Origin: Anaerolineales bacterium
GTDB taxonomy: Bacteria > Chloroflexota > Anaerolineae > Anaerolineales > UBA4823
Assembly: GCA_025057645.1 (NCBI GenBank)
Contig: JANXBJ010000003.1
Location: 111,023 to 175,022 of the forward strand
DNA: 64,000 nt
Direction of reading: 5' to 3'
Part shown: one piece after another, positions 28,013 to 38,916 of the stretch
Numbering within the stretch: the first letter of the stretch is position 1
Layout: the number at the start of each line of letters is the position of its first letter
The notes under the pieces: generated by a model
Told to the model about the DNA's origin: nothing
Database searches by the model: none
The model's input: only the letters and a program-made list of their open reading frames with translations
Position numbers and translations under genes: made by a program

Positions 28013-30514
28013 TCAAGCCGTGGCCATTTCCTTGGGTGGATGTGAGGGCTCCTCGTCTGCACGCCTGAGCTTGATCTCACCGTCTACCACATCAACGAGA
28101 ACTGTGTCTCCTTTACTGAACTCGCCGGAGAGCAGTGCGTCAGACAGGGCGTCTTCCACTTTCTGCTGGATCACGCGCCGCAGCGGCCGAGCCCCCATGT
28201 CCGGATCGTAGCCTAGCTCGGCCAATAGGTCACGAGCTGCAGGTGAAGTATGCAGGGCAATCTGGTGCTCCTGCAATCTCTGGGCGACTTTGTTCATCTC
28301 GATGTCCACGATCTTCTTGATGTCTTCCTTGTTCAAGGAGCGGAAAACGATGACTGAGTCGACCCGGTTGATGAACTCCGGTCGGAAAACGCGCCGCAGA
28401 GCTTCCATCAACTTCTTGCGCATCTCCTCATAGGCTTGTTTTTCTTCCAATTTTTCATCGCGCTTCAGATTGAAACCGATGCTGGTCTGGCGTTTGATCA
28501 TGTCTGCGCCAACATTCGAGGTCATGATAATAATCGTATTGCGGAAGTCGACCTTGTGGCCTTTGGCATCGGTCAAGTGTCCCTCTTCCATGATTTGGAG
28601 CAGCATGTTGTGGGCTTCGGGGTGCGCTTTCTCGATTTCGTCAAAGACCACAATGGAGTAAGGGCGACGTCGGATCGCTTCGGTCAGTTGTCCGGCCTCT
28701 TCGTAACCGACATATCCGGGCGGTGCACCGACGAGACGGCTGACCGTATGGCGTTCCATAAACTCCGACATATCTAGCTGCACCAAGGCCTCCTCGCTGC
28801 CGAACATGAAGCGAGCGAGAGCTTTGGTCAGTTCGGTTTTGCCGACCCCTGTTGGGCCTAGGAAGATGAACGAGCCGATGGGCCGACGCGGGTCTTTTAA
28901 GCCCGCTCGAGCACGCCGGACGGCTTTCGAGATGGCGTCAATGGCCTCTTGTTGGCCAATGATATACTTACCCAGCTCTTCCTCCATCCGCAACAGGCGT
29001 TGGGACTCGGTCTCTGCCATCTGCATCACCGGCACTCCCGTCCACATTGACACCACCTCGGCAATATCCTCTGCCGAAACCACCGGACTGTTGGAACGAT
29101 CCCAGGTGCTGCGCAAACGCTCTAGTTGCCGCTCAATGGCCTCTTGACGTTCCAGCAGTTCTTGAGCGTCGTCAAAGCGGTTGTCTTCCAGAGCCAGTTC
29201 GCGATTGTGGCGGATTTGGCGCAACTGCTCCATCAGTTCTTTGGCCATTTTAGCAGCAGGGCTTTTATACATGCGTACCCGCGAGGAAGATTCGTCAATC
29301 AGGTCAATGGCCTTGTCGGGTAAGAAGCGTTCGGTCACATAGCGGGCTGAGAGGCGCACGGCTGCATCCAGCGCTTCATCCGAGATATTCAAGCGGTGGT
29401 GCTCCTCGTAAGCCGGACGAATACCGCGCAGGATTTCCAGCGCCTGCTCGATAGTCGGTTCTTCGACATAAATGGGCTGAAAACGCCGCTCAAGGGCTGC
29501 ATCGCTCTCTATATATTTGCGATATTCGTCTAACGTGGTCGCTCCGATCACTTGCAACTCGCCGCGCGAAAGCGCAGGCTTGAGAATGTTGGCAGCATCC
29601 ACGGAAGAGCCGGCGGCACCCGCTCCGACCAGCATATGTACTTCATCGATGAACAGGATGGCCCCCGAGGATTTCAATTCATCGATTACCCGCTTGAGAC
29701 GCTCCTCAAATTGGCCGCGATACATCGTCCCTGCCACCAGCGAGCCGACATCTAACTGCAAAACGCGTTTGTTTAGTAGGGGGGCTGGGACATCTCCTTC
29801 TACGATGCGCTGGGCTAGCCCTTCGACAATGGCTGTTTTGCCCACGCCCGGTTCGCCGATCAATGCCGGGTTATTTTTCGTGCGCCGGGCTAAGACCTGG
29901 ATCACACGCTCGATTTCCATTTGTCGCCCGATGACCGGGTCAAGTTTACCCTCCTCAGCCAAGGCGGTGAGGTCTGTGGCTAGTTGATCGACCAAAGGAG
30001 TCTTCGATTTCTGCTGTGGGTCCTGCTTCGCCGAGCGTTGCGGCTCGCCTACTGCTGCTGCCCGACGGGTGGTAGTCGACTCTTGGAGGATGCGATGGGT
30101 CTGACGGCGAATCTGTTCGGCGGTAATACCCAACTTGCGTAGCACGTCCATGGCGACGCCTTCGCCATAGCGCACTAGGCCTAGGAGCAAGTGTTCCGTG
30201 CCGATATAATGGTGGCCCATGCGACGAGCTTCTTCAACGGCGTGTTCTAGCACTTGTTGTGTTCCGGGGGAAAGGTCGAGCTTGCCGCCACGATACTGTC
30301 CAAACCCAACCAAGCGCTCGATCATTTCTTGGACGCGTTGAGGTTCTAGCCCTAGTTCGCGAAGCACTCTGCCGGCCACGCCACCATCTTCCTCGATTAA
30401 GCCAAGCAGGAGATGCTCGGTGCCAATATAGTTATGGCGCATGCGTTCAGCTTCTTGATGCGCCAGGCTTAAGACGCGCCGAGCGCGTTGGGTAAAACGC
30501 TCCATCCCAGCCAC
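28013..30514 (-). CDS. clpC: ClpC-type AAA+ chaperone (paralog 2)
   Basis: [44 protein letters not shown] loop. Confidence 0.93.
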   Translation of the reverse strand: MAGMERFTQRARRVLSLAHQEAERMRHNYIGTEHLLLGLIEEDGGVAGRVLRELGLEPQRVQEMIERLVGFGQYRGGKLDLSPGTQQVLEHAVEEARRMGHHYIGTEHLLLGLVRYGEGVAMDVLRKLGITAEQIRRQTHRILQESTTTRRAAAVGEPQRSAKQDPQQKSKTPLVDQLATDLTALAEEGKLDPVIGRQMEIERVIQVLARRTKNNPALIGEPGVGKTAIVEGLAQRIVEGDVPAPLLNKRVLQLDVGSLVAGTMYRGQFEERLKRVIDELKSSGAILFIDEVHMLVGAGAAGSSVDAANILKPALSRGELQVIGATTLDEYRKYIESDAALERRFQPIYVEEPTIEQALEILRGIRPAYEEHHRLNISDEALDAAVRLSARYVTERFLPDKAIDLIDESSSRVRMYKSPAAKMAKELMEQLRQIRHNRELALEDNRFDDAQELLERQEAIERQLERLRSTWDRSNSPVVSAEDIAEVVSMWTGVPVMQMAETESQRLLRMEEELGKYIIGQQEAIDAISKAVRRARAGLKDPRRPIGSFIFLGPTGVGKTELTKALARFMFGSEEALVQLDMSEFMERHTVSRLVGAPPGYVGYEEAGQLTEAIRRRPYSIVVFDEIEKAHPEAHNMLLQIMEEGHLTDAKGHKVDFRNTIIIMTSNVGADMIKRQTSIGFNLKRDEKLEEKQAYEEMRKKLMEALRRVFRPEFINRVDSVIVFRSLNKEDIKKIVDIEMNKVAQRLQEHQIALHTSPAARDLLAELGYDPDMGARPLRRVIQQKVEDALSDALLSGEFSKGDTVLVDVVDGEIKLRRADEEPSHPPKEMATA

Positions 30515-30694
30515 GGCTCAACCTCCTACTCTAATGAAAACCATACTGTCTCGTCTCCTGATCACCACGCTCGTGATGTTTGATTTCGAGTTAGTTTATC
30601 CGGTATCGATTTTACCAAAGTTTCTTCTCCTTAGGGAGTTTCTTTCCCTGCGAGTTGAAAGTTTAACAAATTTCTTAGACAGATTTCTTGTTCG

Positions 30695-30726
30695 AAAAAC
30701 CCCGTACCCTTCTCGGTATACGGGGG
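30695..30726 (-). terminator. Probable terminator after rpsA
   Basis: CCCCGTA...TACGGGG stem with an A-run on the left (T-run on the minus strand). Confidence 0.55.
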
Positions 30727-30777
30727 CCGTTGATCGGTTGCGTTCAACAGGGGTTGAAATCTGCTGCTGCGCAGTAG

Positions 30778-32169
30778 TTAGCTCAGCCTCTCCTCACTTG
30801 GGTTGGAAGGAGGTTCTTCGTCCATAGAGGGCTTTGGGGAGTCCGCCACCGTTTCTCCTGTTTGGGAGGAATTCTTTTCCTCCGTTGGGGAAACAGCGCC
30901 CTGGATAGCAGAGGGAGATTGTTGCTCTTCGACAATTTCGTAAACCTCCTCGGCGAGGGCCATCTTCCAATCCAGGTCTGCATAAGCAGCCGAGTCGACC
31001 TTGCGCAAGCTCAGTCCAATGCGGCGACGTTCTGGGTCAATTTTGATAATGCGCAAGGTGAGCACCTCCCCTTCTTTGACCACCTCCTTGGGGTGGTTGA
31101 TGCGCTGCTCGCTCAGTTCGGAAAGGTGAATAAGCCCCTCTAAATCTTCACCGATGCGGGCAAAGGCGCCGAATTTGGTCAAGTGTGTGATCTGACCTTC
31201 TACCAACTGCCCCTCTTTGAGGTGAGCAACCTTTTTGAGCCATGGGTCTTCTTGGAGCTGGCGGATGGAGAGCCCGATTCGCTTGCGCTCCCGGTCGATG
31301 CTGATCACCTTGACTTGAACTTCATCTCCAACCTTGAGCACTTCGCTAGGGTGCTTAATGCGTTCCCAAGAGACCTCCGAAAGGTGCACCAGACCGTCCG
31401 CGCCCTCAATGTTCACGAAAACGCCGAAATCTGCCACACTGGTCACTCGCCCGCGGCGGATATCGCCCTCTTTTAGCTCTTCTAAGAGCCGGTCTTTCAC
31501 ACTTTCACGCATTTCCTGGACGGCCAACCTTTCTGAGAGGATCAACCGTCGTCGCTCGCGATCCACCTCGATCACCCGCACTTGGATTGGCTCGCCGATC
31601 ATTTTTCCCCACTGCTGTGCGCTTTCCTCCCCTTCGAGCAGCGCGCGGCGCATTGGGCTGATCTGGGAAGCAGGCACAAAACCGCGCAGCCGCCCGATCG
31701 GCACCAAGAGGCCTCCTTTGTTGTATCCGACCACCTTACTCTGGATGATTTCCCCGGAGGCGAGATATTCTGTAACTCTGCGCCAGTCCTCCTGTTCTGC
31801 AGCCCTAGTGTAAGAGAGAATCACGTTGCCGTTCGGATCCTCGGGTTTGAGGATATAGACCGGAATTTCGACACCCGGTTGAAGCGTTGCGCGCTCCTCT
31901 GGAGGAATACTCTCGAGCTCACGGCCGCTAATAATTCCTTCCGACTTTGTTCCGATACTGACCAGGATTTCGTTTTCTTTGACCGCTGCAATGACCCCGC
32001 GGCGGATTTCCCCCGCTTTTGGAAAGTCCAACCCTAATCCTTCCCTGCCCAGGAGACTTTCCATTGAATTTTGTTCACCTTGATTTCCTTCGCTTGGGGT
32101 AAAGGTTTCCTCCCTGTTCGGGTCGGATGGCTCAACCCCCGGGCCACGGCTAGGATTATATGATTCCAT
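30778..32169 (-). CDS. rpsA: 30S ribosomal protein S1 (4 S1 domains)
   Basis: NKGGL...GFVPASQI, DFGVFVNI..DGLVHLSEVSW, FGAFARI; start taken at ATG 32169. Confidence 0.9.
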   Translation of the reverse strand: MESYNPSRGPGVEPSDPNREETFTPSEGNQGEQNSMESLLGREGLGLDFPKAGEIRRGVIAAVKENEILVSIGTKSEGIISGRELESIPPEERATLQPGVEIPVYILKPEDPNGNVILSYTRAAEQEDWRRVTEYLASGEIIQSKVVGYNKGGLLVPIGRLRGFVPASQISPMRRALLEGEESAQQWGKMIGEPIQVRVIEVDRERRRLILSERLAVQEMRESVKDRLLEELKEGDIRRGRVTSVADFGVFVNIEGADGLVHLSEVSWERIKHPSEVLKVGDEVQVKVISIDRERKRIGLSIRQLQEDPWLKKVAHLKEGQLVEGQITHLTKFGAFARIGEDLEGLIHLSELSEQRINHPKEVVKEGEVLTLRIIKIDPERRRIGLSLRKVDSAAYADLDWKMALAEEVYEIVEEQQSPSAIQGAVSPTEEKNSSQTGETVADSPKPSMDEEPPSNPSEERLS

Positions 32170-32290
32170 AAAAACACATGCTCCAACTCTCGCTAGAAGA
32201 TTATGGTGAATTATAAAGCCGATGAAGTAACTTGACAACCTTTGTGATAAGATTAACCCGTCAAATGGAAAGGTATTGAGGTTTTGATCC

Positions 32291-33397
32291 ATGCCTGCGA
32301 TTTATCCGTTTACTGCGATTGTCGGTCAAGAGCGTATGAAGCGTGCTCTAATCCTCAACGCAGTGGACCCGCGGATCGGGGGTGTGCTGATTCGCGGCGA
32401 GCGGGGTACGGCAAAGTCCACTGCAGCGCGAGCATTGGCAGCCTTGTTGCCTAAAGTAGCTGTCGTCAAGGATTGTCGCTTTGGGTGTGATCCAGATCGC
32501 CCGACAACTTGGTGCACCGAATGCCGCGAGCGGGTCGAGCGGGGCGAATCGCTGCCAGTGGAGTTGCGCGCCACAGCGTTCGTCAATTTGCCTGTTTCGG
32601 CGACCGAAGACCGCGTGGTGGGAACGCTCGATATCGAGCGCGCTATTCAGAAAGGTGAACGGCACTTTGAACCGGGAGTGCTGGCTGCTGCCAACCGCGG
32701 TCTGCTGTATATTGACGAGGTCAATCTGCTCGATGACCATGTGGTGGACGTCCTGCTTGACTCAGCAGCCATGGGGATGAACATCGTTGAACGGGAAGGA
32801 ATTTCCTTTGCTCATCCTGCCCGATTTATCCTAGTGGGCACAATGAACCCCGAAGAGGGCGACCTGCGTCCGCAGTTGCTCGATCGCTTTGCTCTCTCAG
32901 TGGAGATTCGCGGCATTCGCGATCCGCGCCAGCGTGCCCTGATTATGGAGCGCAATTTGGAGTTTGAAGCCGATCCCGAAGCTTTCCGCCAGAAGTGGAT
33001 GCCGAAAGAGCAGGAACTTTCAGAGCGCATCGAACGGGCTCGGATGTTGGTAGATCAGGTCACCTATACCCAGCGCGATTTGCTAGCCATTGCTGCCCTC
33101 TCGGCCTCGCTCAATGTGGATGGGCATCGCGGAGACCTGGTGATCCTTAAGACAGCACGAGCGCATGCCGCTTTTGAAGGGCGCACGCATGTCACCGATC
33201 GCGACATCGCCCTGGCTGCTGAACTTGCTCTGCCCCATCGCATCCGTCGTGGCCCCTTCCATCAGATGGATATTACCATGGAGGAACTACAGGAGCGGAT
33301 TGAGCAGTTACAAAGCGAGGGTCAGATCATCAGCGAACCGCACGGCGAGGAAGCGGAAGAGCAGCCTGTGACGGAAGATGAAAAAAAAAAGCCGTGA
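32291..33397 (+). CDS. ChlI/BchI-like AAA+ chelatase subunit (N-terminal half of a frameshifted chlD)
   Basis: YPFTAIVGQE, GERGTAKST, EPGVLAAANRGLLYIDEVNLL, NPEEGDLRPQLLDRF; ends in an A10 run. Confidence 0.9.
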   Translation: MPAIYPFTAIVGQERMKRALILNAVDPRIGGVLIRGERGTAKSTAARALAALLPKVAVVKDCRFGCDPDRPTTWCTECRERVERGESLPVELRATAFVNLPVSATEDRVVGTLDIERAIQKGERHFEPGVLAAANRGLLYIDEVNLLDDHVVDVLLDSAAMGMNIVEREGISFAHPARFILVGTMNPEEGDLRPQLLDRFALSVEIRGIRDPRQRALIMERNLEFEADPEAFRQKWMPKEQELSERIERARMLVDQVTYTQRDLLAIAALSASLNVDGHRGDLVILKTARAHAAFEGRTHVTDRDIALAAELALPHRIRRGPFHQMDITMEELQERIEQLQSEGQIISEPHGEEAEEQPVTEDEKKKP

Positions 33398-33449
33398 GTG
33401 CAGAGGTGAGTGAGGATGGAAGTGAGCGCCATGCCACTCAGCCCACTCG
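33381..33449 (+). other. -1 programmed frameshift / slippage signal
   Basis: Ten A (33381-33390) containing A-AAA-AAG; the -1 frame is open into the VWA ORF; nested hairpin at 33396-33448. Confidence 0.8.
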
Positions 33450-34344
33450 TCAAAACATCTTTGACACAGGCCGGGCAAACTGGTGGGAGAGCGGGGAACA
33501 GGTCAAAATCGGTGCGACCTTTACTCCACGCAAATTGGATAATCCTCTCGACCGTCTCACCCGTCGATTGGGAGGACGCCGTTCGCGCACCATTACCAAC
33601 CGTAAGCGCGGGCGCTATATCCAAGCTCGTCCTTCCCCAGGCAAAGCGGATGACCTTGCCCTAGACGCTACGCTGCGGGCAGCAGCCCCCTTTCAGAAGC
33701 AGCGCAGTGAGTTGCGTCAAAAAGTCGCCTTTGCCATTCGCGCTAGCGATTATCAGCGCAAAGTGCGGGTAAAGAAAGCCGCCAATCTGATTTTGTTCGT
33801 TGTGGATGCTTCCTGGTCAATGGCAGTTGCTGAACGGATGAGTGCTACCAAGGGGGCAATTCTCTCTCTGCTCACCGATGCCTATCAGCGTCGCGACCGG
33901 GTTGGATTGATTGTCTTTCAAAAGGACCGCGCTACTTTAGTGCTCCCTCCGACCAATTCAGTTCTGCTCGCTCAGCGCGCTCTCGCCGATATCCCGGTGG
34001 GTGGGAAGACCCCTCTCTCAGCGGGGCTGCTGTTGGCCTACGAGGTGATTAAGCGTGAGAAACTCTCTCATCCTGATGTCAATCCGCTGATGATCCTGCT
34101 TACCGATGGCGCCGGGAATGTTTCGATGGGGAATTTGTCGCCTCAGGAGGAGGCTCACCTAATCGCCGATCAGATCGCCGAACAGAAGATCCGCTGCATA
34201 GTCATCAATATGGAGCACGCTGCCTTCGATCAGGGCTTGGCTAAGGCTCTGGCAGATCACCTACGCTGTCCATGCTATACGCTCAGCGAATTACGGGCTG
34301 AGACTCTCTACCAACAGGTGCGACACGAGATCGATAGTGTTTGA
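33394..34344 (+). CDS. ChlD/BchD C-terminal linker plus VWA domain (-1 frame of the upstream gene)
   Basis: DLALDATLRAAAP, VVDASWSM MIDAS-like motif, AYQRRDRVGLI, GGKTPL, LLTDG. Confidence 0.88.
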   Translation: MSAEVSEDGSERHATQPTRQNIFDTGRANWWESGEQVKIGATFTPRKLDNPLDRLTRRLGGRRSRTITNRKRGRYIQARPSPGKADDLALDATLRAAAPFQKQRSELRQKVAFAIRASDYQRKVRVKKAANLILFVVDASWSMAVAERMSATKGAILSLLTDAYQRRDRVGLIVFQKDRATLVLPPTNSVLLAQRALADIPVGGKTPLSAGLLLAYEVIKREKLSHPDVNPLMILLTDGAGNVSMGNLSPQEEAHLIADQIAEQKIRCIVINMEHAAFDQGLAKALADHLRCPCYTLSELRAETLYQQVRHEIDSV

Positions 34345-34422
34345 CAATTGGCTACCTCACACTGACCCCAGAGCGGGGCTCTGTCCTTCTCGTCTTATCC
34401 TTTACCCTGCGAGGAGAAACCG

Positions 34423-35580
34423 ATGAAACACTTGTCCTCTCGTCTCAACAAAATTCCCGCCTCAGTGATTAGCGAAATGAACAATTTCGCCCGGCTGTAT
34501 AAAGCGATCAACCTTGCTTCCGGCTATCCTGATTTCAACCCCCCTGAAGCTCTGGTTGAAGCAGCGGTGAACGCCCTGCGCAAGGGCTACCACCAATACG
34601 CAGACACCGCCGGAAGGAGCAGCTTGCGGCAAGCAATTGCCCGCAAGTTCTCTCGCTTCAGCGGGCTAGAGGTCGATGGCGACGCACATGTCACGGTGAC
34701 TGTAGGAAGCACGGAAGCAATGTTCCTTGTGTTAGCCGTTATTTGCGAGCCGGGCGATCGGGTGTTAATCTTCTCTCCCTTCTACGAGAACTACGCTGCA
34801 GGTCTGCACCTGTTGGATGCCCAGCCGGTCTATGTTCACTTACGTCCGCCTGAGTTTCTGATTGACCGCGAGGCCTTGAGGCGCGAGTTTGAACGGGGGG
34901 CAAAGGCGATTATTATCTGTAATCCCGCTAATCCCAGCGGCAAGGTGTTTACCGAGGAAGAATTGCTTTTTATCGGAAGCTTAGCTCAAGAGTTCGATGC
35001 CTATGTGATCACCGATGAGGTGTATGAGCACATTGTCTTCCCTCCACATCGCCACGTTTATGCCGCCGCTCTGCCGGGCATGTTCGAGCGCACCATCACC
35101 TGTAGTTCGCTCTCCAAGACTTATGCTATTACCGGGTGGCGTTTGGGCACAGTGATCGCTGACGAAGTGATCACCGAGCAAATTCGCCTTCTTCATGACT
35201 ATATTACGCTGGGTGCGCCTGCGCCTCTTCAGCTAGCCGCCCGCACTGCATTGGAGTTCCCTGACGAGTACTATGCGGAGATCGCCCGCCAATATGCCGA
35301 AAGGCGGGACATTTTCTTAGAATATTTGGAGCGAAGTGGTTTTGGGTATATTCCTCCCCAAGGGACTTACTTTGTGCTGGCGGACATCTCGGGCTTTGAC
35401 TTCGATGACGATGTCCATTTTTGCTATTGGATGGTGAGGACGGTAGGAGTGGCAGCAGTGCCCGGCTCTAGCTTCTTCGCTGAGCCGGTCAAACACTTGG
35501 TGCGTTTCAATTTTGCCAAGCGGCCCGAAACCCTGCACGAAGCCGGCGAACGGCTTATGGAGATCAAAAAGCTGCGATAG
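34423..35580 (+). CDS. PLP-dependent class I/II aminotransferase
   Basis: NPANPSG, TDEVYEH, SLSKTYAITGWRLG. Confidence 0.92.
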   Translation: MKHLSSRLNKIPASVISEMNNFARLYKAINLASGYPDFNPPEALVEAAVNALRKGYHQYADTAGRSSLRQAIARKFSRFSGLEVDGDAHVTVTVGSTEAMFLVLAVICEPGDRVLIFSPFYENYAAGLHLLDAQPVYVHLRPPEFLIDREALRREFERGAKAIIICNPANPSGKVFTEEELLFIGSLAQEFDAYVITDEVYEHIVFPPHRHVYAAALPGMFERTITCSSLSKTYAITGWRLGTVIADEVITEQIRLLHDYITLGAPAPLQLAARTALEFPDEYYAEIARQYAERRDIFLEYLERSGFGYIPPQGTYFVLADISGFDFDDDVHFCYWMVRTVGVAAVPGSSFFAEPVKHLVRFNFAKRPETLHEAGERLMEIKKLR

Positions 35581-35630
35581 CTTTGCTCTCGAAGCGCTAC
35601 GGTGTGTCATAGCTGCGTCTTTGTTGCGCA

Positions 35631-37205
35631 ATGTCTGCTGCTCTTCGCACTCTCGGGGTAAGTTTGATCTTATGGGGCGCTGGTCTGGTTGTGAGCACCT
35701 GCTCTCTTTCTCCGACCGCGCCCATTTCGGTCTCGGAAGCAGTCTCTCCTCCGCCGACCGACTCTCCTTCGACGGCCACCTCGACTATGGAATCCACTCT
35801 GTCGGCTCTGCCGACTCCAATGACCCCGACTCCATCGGTGCCGCCGGAAAATATCCCTCGGTATACCCTTCGGGCAGAGTTGGAGTATAGCCGGCATTTC
35901 CTGCGGGTGGAACAGACGATCTCTTTAGTCAACCCAAGCACGCAGCCCCTTGAGGAGATCCTCTTAGTTGTCGAACCGAATCGCTATCCTGCAACCTTTT
36001 CCCTGAAGAACCTCATCGTTGGAGGAGAGGAACTCAGCGAGAGGGCACAATGGGTCGAAGTCAATCAGTTGCGCTTGCCCTTGCCGGCCACGTGGCAGCC
36101 GGACGAAAAACTGGAAGTCAAACTCACATACGAGCTGAACCTGCCCTCTCCTCAGCCAGCTCAAGGGGCCCGGCCTGTGCCTTTCGGTTGGACTGCGCAG
36201 CAGACCAACCTGGTGGACTGGTATCCTTTGATCCCTCCTTACCGCCAAGGGAGTGGTTGGCTGGCTCATCGGCCGGGCTATTTTGGCGAGCATGTGGTTT
36301 CGGAGGTGGCAGATTACGAGGTGAGCATTCGCATTCGAGACCCTCTAACGGTGCGCACCACTGCTTCGGCGAACCCTCTTGGCGAGCCCTCTGCCGGGCA
36401 GTTGACTTTGGCGGCCAGTTCCCCTGCGCAAGAGCGAGATGGTGTCTTCCATTTTTCACTTCCCAAGGGGCGTTCGTTCGTTTGGTCGGTCAGCCACCTC
36501 TATAGTGTGACCTCGGTGCAGGTGGGCGAGGTGACGCTCTATAGCTATGCGTTTCCTGCGCATCGTCTGGCGGGAGAAGCGGCGCTCAACACCGCCGCCC
36601 AAGCGCTAGAGCTATTTCAGCGCCTGTTCGGCGACTACCCTCGTCTGACCTTGAGCGTGGTGGAAGCCGATTTCTTGGATGGCATGGAGTACGATGGCTT
36701 GGTCTTTCTGAGCAAAGGTTTCTATAACTTATATCAGGGTTCGCCGGCCGAATATCTGGTAGCCATTGCTGCTCACGAGGTAGCCCACCAATGGTGGTAT
36801 GCGCTGGTGGGCAACGACCAAGCTCTCGAACCGTGGTTGGACGAGGCCCTCTGCACCTACAGCGAGAGAATCTATTACGAAAACCTCGCCCCAGAGGCTT
36901 TACCATGGTGGTGGACCTACCGCATTGACTTTTATCAACCCAGCGGTTGGATCAACGGCAGTATTTATGATTACACCGCTTTACCCAATGCCTACGAAGC
37001 CTACCGCAATGCAGTGTATCTCAATGGGGCAAAATTTCTTGAGGAAGTCCGTCAAACCGTAGGGGACGATGCCTTCTTCGCCTTTTTGCGTCGCTATGCT
37101 GACACTTACCGCCACCGGATTGCGACCGGGGAGGAGTTCCTTGGGATGCTTCGAGCCGTCAGTTCACAGGATCTCGACCCCGTTTTAAAGAAGTATCTGC
37201 GCTAG
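35631..37205 (+). CDS. Secreted M1-family zinc aminopeptidase
   Basis: Signal peptide plus Pro/Thr linker, GMEY, HEVAHQWW...DEA. Confidence 0.88.
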   Translation: MSAALRTLGVSLILWGAGLVVSTCSLSPTAPISVSEAVSPPPTDSPSTATSTMESTLSALPTPMTPTPSVPPENIPRYTLRAELEYSRHFLRVEQTISLVNPSTQPLEEILLVVEPNRYPATFSLKNLIVGGEELSERAQWVEVNQLRLPLPATWQPDEKLEVKLTYELNLPSPQPAQGARPVPFGWTAQQTNLVDWYPLIPPYRQGSGWLAHRPGYFGEHVVSEVADYEVSIRIRDPLTVRTTASANPLGEPSAGQLTLAASSPAQERDGVFHFSLPKGRSFVWSVSHLYSVTSVQVGEVTLYSYAFPAHRLAGEAALNTAAQALELFQRLFGDYPRLTLSVVEADFLDGMEYDGLVFLSKGFYNLYQGSPAEYLVAIAAHEVAHQWWYALVGNDQALEPWLDEALCTYSERIYYENLAPEALPWWWTYRIDFYQPSGWINGSIYDYTALPNAYEAYRNAVYLNGAKFLEEVRQTVGDDAFFAFLRRYADTYRHRIATGEEFLGMLRAVSSQDLDPVLKKYLR

Positions 37206-37399
37206 GCCATGCAAGATGCTTCTCCCTCTCCGGCTGCGTGGTTATGGAGCAGAGCACACGATCCCCTGCTCGAGGAGACCGGCCATGCGAAATTGGAGCT
37301 AAAAGTCGATCCTTCTCGCCGTACTGCCCAGAACCCGTTGATAATGAGTCGTCCATCGTTGATTGCAGCCCCTTTTAGCTAGGAGGCAAAACTATAGAC

Positions 37400-37798
37400 G
37401 TGACTCGCTTTCATAGCTTCCGCCTTCTACCGGGACAAGACCTGCTTGATGAAATCCAGCAATTCGTTGTTGCCCGGGACATCCGAGCGGGGGTGGTCCT
37501 CAGTGCCGTGGGCAGCCTAACGCATGCCACACTGCGCTTAGCCAACCACTCGAGTTATAGCGAGTTTATCGGGCCGTTTGAGATCGTGGCAATGACCGGC
37601 ACAGTTTCGGTGCACGGCTCGCACTTGCATATCGCCATTTCGGATGGAGAGGGGAAAACCATCGGCGGCCACCTGGTCAGCGGCTGTGCAATTTACACTA
37701 CCGCCGAGATCGTCATTGCCGAATTGATGGATGTCGTGTATTACCGCGAACCGTGTCCGCTTTCCGGCTACAACGAGCTGGTGGTCAAGCCGCGCTGA
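37400..37798 (+). CDS. PPC / DUF296 domain protein
   Basis: RLLPGQDL, SAVGSL, HLHIAISD, GGHL, TTAEI. Confidence 0.88.
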   Translation: MTRFHSFRLLPGQDLLDEIQQFVVARDIRAGVVLSAVGSLTHATLRLANHSSYSEFIGPFEIVAMTGTVSVHGSHLHIAISDGEGKTIGGHLVSGCAIYTTAEIVIAELMDVVYYREPCPLSGYNELVVKPR

Positions 37799-38916
37799 AG
37801 TCGCCCCGAAACCCACCAAAAGAGGAGGAACGCAGCGCCGAAGCTGACGGCTAAGATCGCCATCAAGCTGTATGCGCCGCGTTGCGCCATCTGTTGCCCG
37901 ATGATCCAAGGGTAGAGCATGGCACCGAAGCTCCCGCTCGCCCACAAGATACCCGCTAAGGAACCCGTGATGGCTGCTCGTCTTTCCAAAAAGGCAAAAG
38001 TGGTGGGGAAAAGCGGTGCCAGACAGACGCCAACCCCCAAAGCACCTGCCCAAAGCCACCCGATGGAAAGCGGATTGAGCAGAATGACGCCTAAGCTCAA
38101 CAAGATTCCACTGTAGCAAATTGAGACCATACGGCGCAGTTCTAAGCGCCGCGTGAGCGGGATTGCCATTGCCCGCCCTAAGAGAATCCCAACCCAATAA
38201 AACGAAGTGAGCATCCCTCCGCTTTGTTCCGTGGCGAGGTTGAGCGAAAAGGCATAGGCGGAAAGCCAGCCGCTGAAGGACACCTCGCCGCCCACATAAA
38301 TCAGGACGATGAGACAAAATAACGCAAACCAAATGGGCTTCAATCTACTCTTAGAGTCCGCTCTTTCTTCCGTTTGGGGGTCCGGCGCGGGGATCAACCA
38401 AAAGGCAACAGCCAGCGGCAATTTGAGCAATGCCAAGGCTCGATACCCCCAAGTGCCGCCGAGCAGAGAGAGAAGCAGGGGCGAAACCACTCCGCCTAGG
38501 GCTGCCAACAAGAACATCCCGTTGAGATAGGGGGCAGAGTGTTCGCGATAAGCCCAAACCAATTGCAGGTTGCAACCCACATCCAACCCGCCTTCGCAGG
38601 CGCCGATGACGAACATGGCTGCCATGAGCAGAGAAAAAACGGTAATGGCTGGCAGGGTGCTGAGAGCGACTGCCGCAATCGACAAGGCCGCGCTCAACAG
38701 CACCGAACCGTTCCAGCGTTGGAAAAGCCTTCCCCCGACCAACGAGCCACTCAGATAACCAGCGGAGCGGCTGAGAAACAGCAAGCCCCAAGCTTCGGTG
38801 TGCGTTGCCGTATTTGCGCCAAGGTAAACGAGGCTCGGACCTAAGGATGCAATGGTCGCCCCTAGAATAAAATAGGCTGCATAGTAGGCAACGGTTTGTT
38901 TGGCACGCTGATTCAT
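37768..38916 (-). CDS. MFS transporter
   Basis: About 12 transmembrane segments; ATG 38916 overlaps the ATPase stop (ATGA). Confidence 0.85.
   Translation of the reverse strand: MNQRAKQTVAYYAAYFILGATIASLGPSLVYLGANTATHTEAWGLLFLSRSAGYLSGSLVGGRLFQRWNGSVLLSAALSIAAVALSTLPAITVFSLLMAAMFVIGACEGGLDVGCNLQLVWAYREHSAPYLNGMFLLAALGGVVSPLLLSLLGGTWGYRALALLKLPLAVAFWLIPAPDPQTEERADSKSRLKPIWFALFCLIVLIYVGGEVSFSGWLSAYAFSLNLATEQSGGMLTSFYWVGILLGRAMAIPLTRRLELRRMVSICYSGILLSLGVILLNPLSIGWLWAGALGVGVCLAPLFPTTFAFLERRAAITGSLAGILWASGSFGAMLYPWIIGQQMAQRGAYSLMAILAVSFGAAFLLFWWVSGRLQRGLTTSSL

Noticed and set aside
32291-34344. chlI/chlD plus crt genes as evidence of phototrophy
   Set aside because: No bchH, bch or puf genes are in the window, and both families are widespread in non-phototrophs.
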